Shown here: positions 27,541 through 38,569 of the stretch, one piece after another | Layout of the letters: each line of letters starts with the position of its first letter | How positions within the stretch are numbered: position 1 is the first letter of the stretch | From: Octopus vulgaris | Lineage: Eukaryota | Direction of reading: 5' to 3' | Length of the DNA stretch: 64,000 bases | Assembly: GCA_951406725.2 (NCBI GenBank) | Contig: OX597814.1 | Span: 68,758,001 to 68,822,000, forward strand | The notes under the pieces: generated by a model | Database searches by the model: none | What the model saw: only the letters and a program-made list of their open reading frames with translations | Told to the model about the DNA's origin: nothing | Program-made: the position numbers and the translations under genes

Positions 27541-27588
<48 letters not shown>

Positions 27589-28591
27589 CGCGCGCGTGCG
27601 TGCGTGCGTGCGTGTGTGCGTGCGTGCGTGCAACTCTTTCTTTAAAATATGTACACAAATGGAAAACTTCAGAAATGTTTGCATGTTTTATCGTTTAAAA
27701 CTGAAATTGCAGGATATATGTTAGATAATTTTATTAACTGCTTCAAAAGAATCCCAGCACTTTGGAATTATTTCTTAAATATTTGGTGCATATTCAAACG
27801 CATCATTGTTTATTGGTGCAAATATAAATTTATAATTATGGTGGGCAAGAAATAGGTTTCCATTTAATTATCCTTAAATGTTTCCTTTCTCAAAGGCTTT
27901 ACATGAAATCTTTGCATTTACTATGAGTACATATTTTGTTTCTAGCTCCAGTTTACCAGCCAGTTGTATTCGTATGTAGCTGAGGTTTATATATGCGCGA
28001 TCTGTTAATAGTTGTTCCTTTGGAATGCATGTTTGGCATTAATTGTATTTTTCATATTTATTGCTATTTCTACAGATAAAAAGGGGAAATTCCTTTAGAA
28101 AGATAATATTTCTCTTCTGAAAAATAATATATTTTGAGGCATCTAGTTGTTTTCAATATTTCCTTTCTTCATATGGTATTTTGTAGCTTTCTTTGTACTT
28201 GAAAGGCAAAGTTAACCTTCGAAATGTGACGTAGTGAGGTAATGTCTAAGCTGACATTATCTTACATGTGTTACTTAACCATCTGCATATGTATCCAGCA
28301 TATCCATTGGGCCATATTAGTTCTGTGTACTTCTAATTCCTAATGTGTTGCTCTACTCATCTTTAAACACGTTGTTGATGCATTTGTATTTTATTTTATA
28401 CCTGTTATTCATAAAGGCTTGTTTCAGTGATATCATAGAACACAAAATTTTCGCTTAAAGTTCTTCATCTGATTTTACTTGTGGCCTCTAATAGTTTTCT
28501 ATGAAAATGTCTAGTGAAAGAAAATATTCATAAGAATATAATGTGGCTATTAATGTAGATGAAATGGATTTTATATAGACTGGTATCATAC

Positions 28592-29178
28592 CAAAATAGG
28601 CAACAAGGATATCCAGAGGTAATGTAGTACGATCGTTTCAAGCAACTCCATTTAATTGAACAATGCAATCATTACATCAATTTAAATGCAAAGCAATCCT
28701 CAGCTGCATAAAGACATAGAATTTGATTAAATTAAAAGAGATGGACACATTACTAAAATTTTACCTAAAATCCCCAAGAAGGTAAGGAGATAGACAAAGA
28801 ACGTGCTGTCTTCACTTCAGCTTAGAAGCTACTAAGGTATCAGGAAGAAAGACTTGATACAGATTTTGCTTGTCACTGTTTTATGGGGTCAGTTTTAATT
28901 TATAGACTAGCTTATCAAATCTTTGGCCAAAAGAACAAGTATACCTTAGTAACTTCTAAGCTGAAGTGAAGACAGCATGTTTTTTGTCTATCTCCTTACC
29001 TTCTTGGAGATTTTAGGTAAAATTATAATAATGTGTCCATCTCTTTTAATTTAATTAAATTCTATGTCTTTATGCAGCTGAGGATTGATCTGGATTTAAA
29101 CTGATGTAATGATTTCATTGTTCAATTAAATGAACGATCGCACTGCATTACCTCTGGATATCCTTGTTGCTTATTTTG
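28592..29178. repeat. Long inverted repeat / foldback element (~245-bp arms, ~100-bp spacer)
   Basis: 28592-28840 is the reverse complement of 28940-29178, with scattered mismatches and one ~12-bp indel. Confidence 0.9.
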
Positions 29179-30462
29179 ATTTTAATCACCTTATTTTGAA
29201 ATTGTATGGATAATACCGTACTAAATTCTTGTGCCTCAACTTAAGTACCATATTCATCTGAATCTAAATTTTTGACTGATATCATATGTAGAATTTTCAG
29301 CAGGATATTGTCTCGAAATAAGTGGAATTGCTGGAATAATATTTCCTTAAATTGGAAAAGTGCATTTTTTTTTATATTCACAGCACTATTGTGCAATATA
29401 TTTTGACCAATATCAATGTATTTTCATCTACCATATTTTGGAATTCGACAGAGAGGTTGTTAATGTGGGTAAAATTAATTTTTCGAGATCTAACTATAAG
29501 ATACAAATATATCACAATAAAATATCAGTAAAAGTACCGAGCATAATTTTTCTGTATATCTTTTCGTTATCAGTAAAAGCATTAAGGTGTACATTTGAAT
29601 TTATTATTGAAATACTGAGTTTCAACCTTTTGCTTCCTCAAATTATTCAGTCTTGATGTATTCTCATTCGCATTGAAGCATAGAAATGAGTATGATAATC
29701 AATAGAGATCTTTCCCCATCTATTAGCAAAATTAGCATTGAAATATGTAATCCTGTCATAGGCGAACAATCTTTAAATAGGAAATACATAAATGTTGTAG
29801 TCTATAAATGAGCTATATCAGACCGTTGATGTATTTATCAATGACTTAAATCATCATACTTTCATAAATACGAAAATAAACATTGTCAAGTCACGTAGCT
29901 AATCAGTAAATAGGAGTTATTCGTCAAATTCTAATTTTTAATAATCAGATATTCAATAATTTTCGCAATTTTCCATTAACAAATATCGGCAATTTATCTT
30001 ATATGATTTCACAGGTTACTAATTTATTTTTTCTTTTCCTTTTTGGCGAAATATCTTTCGCTTAAAAAGTAAACAAGAAAACATGTTTTTTAGCACTATG
30101 TAGTTTTTTAAAGAATGATAAAAGCGATATCTTCACAGTATAATACAACAAGACTTGAAAATAAGCTTCGTTTCTGTCCTTGTGTTTAGCACATGCACAA
30201 CATACTTTTGATTCTTGTGAATGAGGCGAAATAATATAAATGTATTTATTAATAATAATACGGTTGGAGGGTTATCTTTGGATACTTGTGTCATTTCTTA
30301 TAATATTTATTAATTATCTTCAATATTTAGTTGAACTGAAGTTATAGTAGGTCAAAACTATATTATGTTTTCTTTTTAATACGAGAATATAAAGATGTAA
30401 CCAGAAAGATGCTTCAAATATCTCAGTTAACCAAAATATATAATAGATATAATACTGAGTCA

Positions 30463-30680
30463 GGCGGCTAGCTGGCAGAATCGTTACCGCATGAGACAAA
30501 ATGCTTAGGGGTATTTCATCTGTCTTTATAGACTACAACATTTATGTATTACCGAGATGAATTTTGCCGTTCATCCTTTGAAGTCGATAAAATAAGTACC
30601 GGGTGAGTTCTGGGATCAATGTAATCGACTAACCCCTCCACTGAACTTGCTGACCGTGTGCCAAAATTTGAAACAAATGC
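30463..30680 (+). mobile_element. tRNA-derived SINE (GGCGGCGAGCTGGCAGAA family)
   Basis: GGCGGCTAGCTGGCAGAATCGTTA...TTCATCCTTT..GTCGATAAAATAAGTACC...GTAATCGAC; further copies at ~43010-43190, 44190-44340, 44510-44700 and 46535-48020. Confidence 0.75.
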
Positions 30681-31044
30681 TAAAGCTGAGTTTTTATACT
30701 TTTGTTGTATAAGAGAAATGAGTAAGAAATTACTCCAACCAGGAACGTGACTAAAGAAGAATCCAGTGTCCTTTCGAATTTCCGTGACATACTTATTTAG
30801 GCCACTGGTCATTTTACCCCGGTCAATCATCTTATATGTCTAAATATTGCTGTAAAAGATATTAAATTATATATTAACAAATAAATTATTCAAAGAAATT
30901 ACTCAGAAATGCCATCTGATCTGTATGAAAATTAGTTAAATTAGTTAAGTTAGTGTTAACATATTTTATGCAGCATTATAAAGCTAATTAAACATAATCA
31001 TGTGTGGCAGAAATAATAATAACAACAACAACAACAACAACAAC

Positions 31045-31095
<51 letters not shown>

Positions 31096-31099
<4 letters not shown>

Positions 31100-31728
31100 C
31101 ATATTATCTCTGGCTGCCCAGTCCTGGCTAAGAAGGAATATATTCACAGACATGACAGAGTTGGAACCTACATACACTGGAAGCTATGCCAACATTATAG
31201 AATAACAACAGAAAAAAGATGGTATAGGCACACACCAGAAAAGGTCACAGAAAACGAGAAAGCAACCATACTCTGGGATATGCCGATACACACAGATAGA
31301 GAAATTAAGGCCAACAGACCAGATATAGTTGTCAGAGATCATGAAGGAAAAAAATGCTTTCTAATTGATGTATCAATACCGGCAGATGACAACGTGTCTC
31401 TAAAAGAAATGGAGAAACTTTCAAAATACAAAGACCTGGAAATGGAGGTAACCAGAATGTGGAATCTAAAAACAGAAACAATTCCTATCATAGTTGGTGC
31501 ATTAGGCATGATAAAAAAATATTCAGACAAATACATAACAAAAACACCAGGACTTACAAACACATATAACATACAGAAAATTGCACTACTAGGCACTGCA
31601 CACATCCTACGCAGAACACTTTCCATACAATAACCATCAGAGCATCATAACAAATCACAGCACATACCCAAGGCACACAGAGCTGCGCTCGGTAGTGAAG
31701 TGAAAGCACGCTATAAAAAATAAAACTA

Positions 31729-31732
<4 letters not shown>
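31096..31732 (+). mobile_element. Young 5'-truncated R4/Dong-like LINE 3' end with an open RLE endonuclease frame, inserted in (AAT)n
   Basis: Uninterrupted NHIISGCPVLAKKEYIHRHDRV...LWDMPIHTDREIKANRPDIVV...IDVSIP...EKLSKYKDL...PIIVGALG, stop at 31633; (AAT)n on both sides. Confidence 0.92.
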
Positions 31733-31799
<67 letters not shown>

Positions 31800-31801
<2 letters not shown>

Positions 31802-32356
31802 GCCCTGATGCAGTACCAGGCAGTGGCTCTCATGGCTTCTGATCTTAACTGATTGGAAGTGTTATCATGTACATTGTTTTGTCTTGGTATAAAAGATGGG
31901 CTACAGCAAATATTCTGCTCAATACCACAGATTTGCTTGTCAGTTGTTTGACCTTAACCAGTTGAGCATGTCCCTTAGTGGCTGACGATATGTGCATCTC
32001 TGATCACGAGCAGAAGTAGTGGGGGAGCATCATAGCCATGTGTTGAGAAGGATTCTTTGGGGTTTGAATAATTCACCTCTGGAAACATGGGTGTTTCGTT
32101 CAACGTCCTTAAACAACCCTTATTCAGGGACCTTTTGAGCGGGATGGGTTACTCGATCTGAAGAAAATTCTAACTGGGCTCCACCTGCAAGGTCATGTGC
32201 TGTTTATCTTGATATGAGATCACTATGTCGCGCACATATGGTTGTGATGCATGTGCCTGGTATACCCTTATCAGACGGGTAGTCATGATGGGTATACTGG
32301 GCTTCGTATATTTTACCCCAGTGTCACTTTGATGGCATGCTCTGCTCGCTCACTCA
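31800..32356 (+). mobile_element. Non-coding (TAA)n-targeted retroposon
   Basis: Flanked by (AAT)n; highly similar to 47078-47562. Confidence 0.8.
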
Positions 32357-32410
32357 ATAATAATAATAATAATGCTGATGATGATGATGATGATAATGAT
32401 GATGGTGATG

Positions 32411-32469
<59 letters not shown>

Positions 32470-33990
32470 TATCAATGTGCGAATGTGTTTGTAGGTGTCT
32501 GAGTGTTTGTGGTTGTGTGTGTGCGCGCGCACGTGTTTTGAAATACCTGTCTCGTTTACGTATATATGATGAATAGTCCCAGGAGTGTTCACCTTTAGTT
32601 TATTATTGGTATATATTACTCTACTCTATACGAATGAATGGAAAAATCGAATGAAACAGAATTTGAAAGTGGGATCAAGGTGGAAGAAAATAAGTAAAAT
32701 ACTGAATGTGGACCGACATCCTCTTACATTAATTTAGTGCATTTCTAGAATTCTTAAGTGAAACGCTGTCTTGATGAAGAGTATGTATTTCTGTTCTTCC
32801 CACTATGTATTGCGAACACTAACTTAATCTTTTGAATCAGTACCTCTATATTCCTGGTCCGTATTTTACAGGTACAAAGGGCAAATAAACATTTATTGGG
32901 ACTTGAAGTGAGAAAGTAGAAGGAGTCTAAATGAATGTTTTTCACCCTCATCTCATGTTAATGATTTATAAATTATTTATTTGTATTAATTGTACATATT
33001 TTAAACAAGCTAAAGACGGAATGGCTAGCTATAGCTAGCTAGACAGACATACAGACAGACAGATAGGTAGTTTCAGGGACCAGTGAGTATTAATTTGTTC
33101 AAGCCATTTGCAATTTTCCTTTCTGTGCAAAGCAATACATATCACACACGTATACTTGCCAATATACTAAAACATTTGACGGAGATAAACAAACATAAAA
33201 ATGAATCGGAACAAGAGACCATGAAATTTAATGACATCGAATTTAGGAAAAATACATACACACGCGCACGCATGCCCACGCACACACAGATACATAAATA
33301 TATATATGCACACAAACATGAATTGTGTGTGTGCATATGTGTGTGTGTGCGTGTGTTACTAGTATATGTGTATGAGTACTTTTATTTTTAATAATTTAAA
33401 GTTTTCCTGTAAGAAAGGATCTGGTTTCTAACAAGGATACAAATTTGTATTGTTGGAAAGCAGGTAGCAAAAATAACGTTACATTTAAACTTGAGAAAGT
33501 CTTGCATATTTTTATTGCCACTTACGGACTGCGTTTCTAACGTGGTTGTTAGCTGGCTGATTTCTTTTTTCTGAAATCCCTAGCTTTTCCAACATCGTTG
33601 CAGTCCAACGACTGAAGCAAGAAAAAAGAATAATATACATACAGTCATACATACATACATACATACATACATACATACATACATACATACATACATACAC
33701 ATACATACATACACACACACATACACAAATACATACATACATACATACATACGTAAATACATACATACATACACTTTATATATATATATATATACAAGAT
33801 AAGAAAATGGAGAAATACAACTAAATCAAATATCAATTATCAGATAATATTCAATCACATACTTTATTAAACCACCACATAAGAGACTGTAGGGTTAAAC
33901 ATAAAAAAAGCAGAACAAATCAGTGTACATAAATGAGAGAGTATAAAAAAGAGAATATAAATATAAGTAAATATAAATATAAGTATAGAT

Positions 33991-34124
33991 TACATCTTAC
34001 AGCTGTTTCGGCCATGTAGATAAGTATGTCTCATTTTTACCAATATTAGCCTTTTATGGTAGGTCAATATATGGATATAAATGAGACATTTACAAAAGTA
34101 TCACAAGGCTTCTTCGGAGATATA
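33991..34124 (-). ncRNA. Type I hammerhead ribozyme motif, long stem II (sense to the PLE)
   Basis: TATATCT-CCGAAGA-A-GCC[~95-nt hairpin]GGC-C-GAAAC-AGCT-GTA/AGATGTA; palindromic stem III ACAGCTGT; U4C core variant. Confidence 0.7.
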
Positions 34125-36001
34125 CATATACATATGAGTGCATATACTCACACTCCTATACATATAAAAATATACATATACATAATAATGTTACTAAATA
34201 ATATAAATTAGTAAACATATATATGTTCCACATTCAATGTTTCAGTTTTTCAACTTAATATTGTGATAATAAACATACACATATTAGTACCTAGATGCAA
34301 ATATACATAGTCAATAGTACATTATGTTACTTCCTACTAATTTCCAAAGTGTCGTTAAAGTTAACATCATTATCGTTGTCAATACCATTAATGCTACCAT
34401 CATTATCATTCATAATATTATTAATATCGCTTACATTAGGATCCAAAGTGGCACATATGTATGTCCGGGTTCCATTTAGTAATTTTCCTTATGACATAAA
34501 TACACTATTGGATTTGAGTTTAAATTATCATTGTCTTCCTCATGGTTGGTCCGTTGAGAGCCGCCCCCACACCGCACAAGAAAAACATCCACATCCACAT
34601 CCAGCCCTAAACCCACACGTCCACATAAAAACCCACAGAAACATGCACACACACATGAGTAAACCCCGACACATCGCTACACAATCACTAGATTGCAGAG
34701 TGTATGTCTGTCATCGCATGGCTTATAGGCAAATCAGTACAGGCCGCAGTGTCTATGTACTAACACACACACTCACACGCACATCCGCATAGATATTAAT
34801 ACAATCTCATATACTGTATCAGGGAACATTCGCACACACATATATACATATTTAAATATACGTCTGCGCACTCATACGTACAAATAAAACCTATACTTAT
34901 ATCCACCCATGAATAAATATTTGCATATACATATATACATATCCAAATACGCACCTGCGTACTCATATGTATAAGAAAAACATACATCAGTACATCCACC
35001 CACGAACATACCTATACATACAAAAATATACATACGTTCACATACACATTTTCACACACCTCGAAACCTCAACCCACTTCCACTAAATCATAAATTAAAA
35101 ATATATGTCTGCCCATCCAGAGACGTATATATATATATACACAAAAAGTAAACAGAAGCTACTATTAACTTAGATATAAGTTCATTAATTATAAATTAAA
35201 TTAAATTAATTATAAGTTAGTAAGTGCCAAATAAACAAAAATAAATAATTAAATAAATAAATATATATATATATATATATATTCATGTATAGATAAATAG
35301 ATAAATAAAATGGAATACAAATTAAGAAGAGCACAAAGATAAACCTAATATAGTAAATATAAGTGGATACACCGAAGTGCATCCACATGCACATACATGA
35401 GCATGCACGCCCTCGCACGGACACGCGAATTCATGGCCGGGCCCACACACACACGTCCCTCCCGCACGCACGATCACCAAGATGCACACCAGACGACGCG
35501 TACAAGTACACGCGAATGTCCGCAAGCGTAGCGCGCGAGAGTGCACACGTTGATGCACATGCGCAGACGCGCTCGCGCATGCGTGCGCGGGCGCACAAAC
35601 TCCGGTGCAGCGCCACCCGAGCCCATGCTTGTGCAGCAGAAATACAACAACCCCCAACAAACCAACCGTAAAAAAAAAACCTTATATGCTCTTCGGGATA
35701 AACAACTTATACTAATTATAGACTCTCACATATTACATATTGGTATAGCAAAACTCAAACTGGTGCCCTAAGATATGATGCGCTTATACACCCTACACAG
35801 ATAAAAGACTCCGTGGGGTTCCGAATATCATGCATATATCAAAATAACTATATATTTTTGTATATTTTTCAGTCGGGACACAAACAATCAATATAGAACA
35901 CATACATGGAGACACAAAGTTATAAATTATAAATTGTAAGGACAAATAGTACTGTCTTATATAGAGGAATGCTAAAAGATTACTGGTAGAAGAATTAGAT
36001 G

Positions 36002-37212
36002 TTATTTAAATCTAGAGAAAGTGTACGCCAATTTGTGAAGGCAAAAAAAACTCCGCTCATTAATGCTGTTAATACTGGGTTGGCCGGCTTTGATGATGAA
36101 GAAAATTTCATTGATACATAAAGAGCATTTTTTATTTCTACTATTGTATACAGGTGCAGATGTTAGTATTTCCCAATCTAATTTAAAATCTATGTTTTTA
36201 CTCTTGAGTTCCCAGATATACGTACTTAACCCCGTAGAGTTCATCCTATTTTTATTTTTAAAAGTATATCTAAGATAGTTTAGCCGTTGTTTTATACTAT
36301 TTTTAGTCGCACCAATGTACACCCTGCTATTGTATTGTGTATTTACAGTGCATTGGTAAACCACCTCTCTCCTCAGGCATTTATTACCAAACACACATTG
36401 ATTCTTGCTTCTGCAAGTGCAGATTGAGGAGATTTAACCCTGGCAGAGATCCCCGTAGCCCTATTCCTGTTGATAATATTGCACTTATTTTCACTACTAC
36501 CCATGTTTATCTTTCTATCTTTATAGAAGCAATCTAATTTCTTGTTGTTGAAGGAGGAGATGATGGTGGCTAGATTATTCGTGATACTATATCCTATTCT
36601 AATAGTTCTATTGTTAATTATTTGGCTAAATTTATTCTTACCCTTAGTAAATAGTCTATATATTACTTTATGTATTGTTCTGACTATATCCGTTTTAATC
36701 TGCATTGCATATGGTATTATTAGCCATAGTGTATCGTCATCACTATGTGGATTACTCCTCAAATTGTTATTTATGGGGAAAACCCTATTATTCTTCCATC
36801 CCATATGTTTTCTACTCTTAGTATTGTCAATATGATGCCTAGAATTCCCCTTTAGATTGGTTTTATTAGTGACTTTATTGTTATTCGTATTCTTATTATT
36901 ATTGTTGCTTAGATGAACTTCACTATTGCCATATATATTATCAATGTTACTATGCCTATTGTTGATATCCCTACCATCATTATTTTGCGCCAAGTTATTT
37001 AGACCAATGTTGACAAGTCTAAGATTATTAAAACTAGTATTAATGTCATATGTATTTTTATATAGTATATTTTTCTTTGTCCTACAATTGTTATTGTCCC
37101 TTCGGAAATTCGTGTTATTCGTGTTGTTCTTAATAGTTCCACCTGTGTTCGAAGGATCATTATTGGGTATATACCAAATTTTATTTTTGTAGCCTGCCTT
37201 CTGCAATGCCGG
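36002..37212 (-). pseudogene. PLE ORF C-terminal part (thumb end, Asn-rich linker, Cys motif, GIY-YIG); frameshifted near 36420-36500
   Basis: ALQKAGYKNKIWY; NNRTIRIGYSITNNLATII; CTCRSKNQCVFGNKCL; VVYQC..VYIGATKNSIKQR; CSLCINE; CLH. Collinear with the ORF at 55482-57622. Confidence 0.85.
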
Positions 37213-37721
37213 GGTTTTCATGTGGACGTGTGGGTTTAGGGTTGGATGTGGATGTGGATGTTTTTCTTGTGCGGTGTGGGGGCGGCTCTCAACGGACCAA
37301 CCATGAGGAAGACAATGATAATTTAAATTCAAATCCAATAGTGCATTTATGTCATAAGGAAAATTACTAAATGGAACCCGGACATACATATGTGCCACTC
37401 TGGATCCTAATGTAAGCGATATTAATAATATTATGAATGATAATGATGGTAGCATTAATGGTATTGACAACGATAATGATGTTAACTTTAATGACACTTT
37501 GGAAATTAGTAGGAAGTAATATAATGTACTATTGACTATGTATATTTGCATCTAGGTACTAATATGTGTATGTTTATTATCACAATATTAAGTTGAAAAA
37601 CTGAAACATTGAATGTGGAACATATATATGTTTACTAATTTATATTATTTAGTAACATTATTATGTATATGTATATTTTTATATGTATAGGAGTGTGAGT
37701 ATATGCACTCATATGTATATG

Positions 37722-37854
37722 TATATCTCCGAAGAAGCCTTGTGATACTTTTGTAAATGTCTCATTTATATCCATATATTGACCTACCATAAAAGGCTAA
37801 TATTGGTAAAATGAGACATACTTATCTACATGGCCGAAACAGCTGTAAGATGTA
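37722..37854 (+). ncRNA. Type I hammerhead ribozyme motif, long stem II (inverted pLTR copy)
   Basis: Stem I 37722-37728/37848-37854, core CCGAAGA 37729-37735, GAAAC 37836-37840, predicted cleavage after GTA at 37847. Confidence 0.7.
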
Positions 37855-38270
37855 ATCTATACTTATATTTATATGTACTTATATTTATATTCTCTTTTTT
37901 ATATATATTCTACTTATTATAAAACTTTATTCTTTTATGTACACTTTTTATGTACATTCCTTTATGTACACTGATTTGTTCTGCTTTTTTATGTTTAACC
38001 CGACAGTCTCTTATGTGGTGGGTTAATAAAGTATGTGATTGAGTATTATCTGATAATTGATATTTGATTTAAATGTATTTCTCCATTTTCTTATCTTGTA
38101 TTAGTAATTTGTGGTAAATCATTTTACCTTTGCCCATATAATACAGTAAATGAATTGATTGCATCGCAATCCTTAACATTTATGTATTAACTTTGTTGGG
38201 TACTTCACTAGCAGTATGTTGGATATATGTTATCCCATGGAGGGTTGCATTTACAACCCCTATCTCAATT

Positions 38271-38312
<42 letters not shown>

Positions 38313-38315
<3 letters not shown>

Positions 38316-38540
38316 CAAATAAGAAAATGGAGAAACAAATGTTACATTATTTATTCATTTTACAAATGAGAACATCAAAAGCAAACAAAATATTATATAA
38401 ATCAATAAGTAATATAATAATACAAATACATATTTTAAAAGTCACGTTATAAATTATTGTAATTCATAAACTACTTCTTACAGCTGTTTCAGCCTATGGT
38501 CAAAAGTTAATCCAACTTATATTGCCTATAGATGTTAATA
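38313..38540 (-). mobile_element. Short 3' end of a related PLE with only the 3' half of a hammerhead
   Basis: Terminus TACAA.TAAGAAAATGGAGAAA shared with 33793; minus strand GGCT-GAAAC-AGCT-GTA-AGAAGT at ~38472-38495; no CUGANGA half found. Confidence 0.65.
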
Positions 38541-38569
38541 TATTAGGGTCAGTATATTACAGTATATTA

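Larger units (their letters stand above)
33793..38100 (-). mobile_element. 5'-truncated Naiad-type Penelope-like element with inverted pLTR
   Basis: 33793-34634 is the reverse complement of 37212-38100. Between them lie the RT-thumb/linker and GIY-YIG region (37212->36002) and a long 3' region; (TA)n flanks both sides. Confidence 0.88.

Noticed and set aside
30463-30560. tRNA genes at SINE heads (also ~8000-8050, 40770-40825, 44070-44120)
   Set aside because: A/B-box-like motifs only, no complete cloverleaf, and they continue into SINE bodies.
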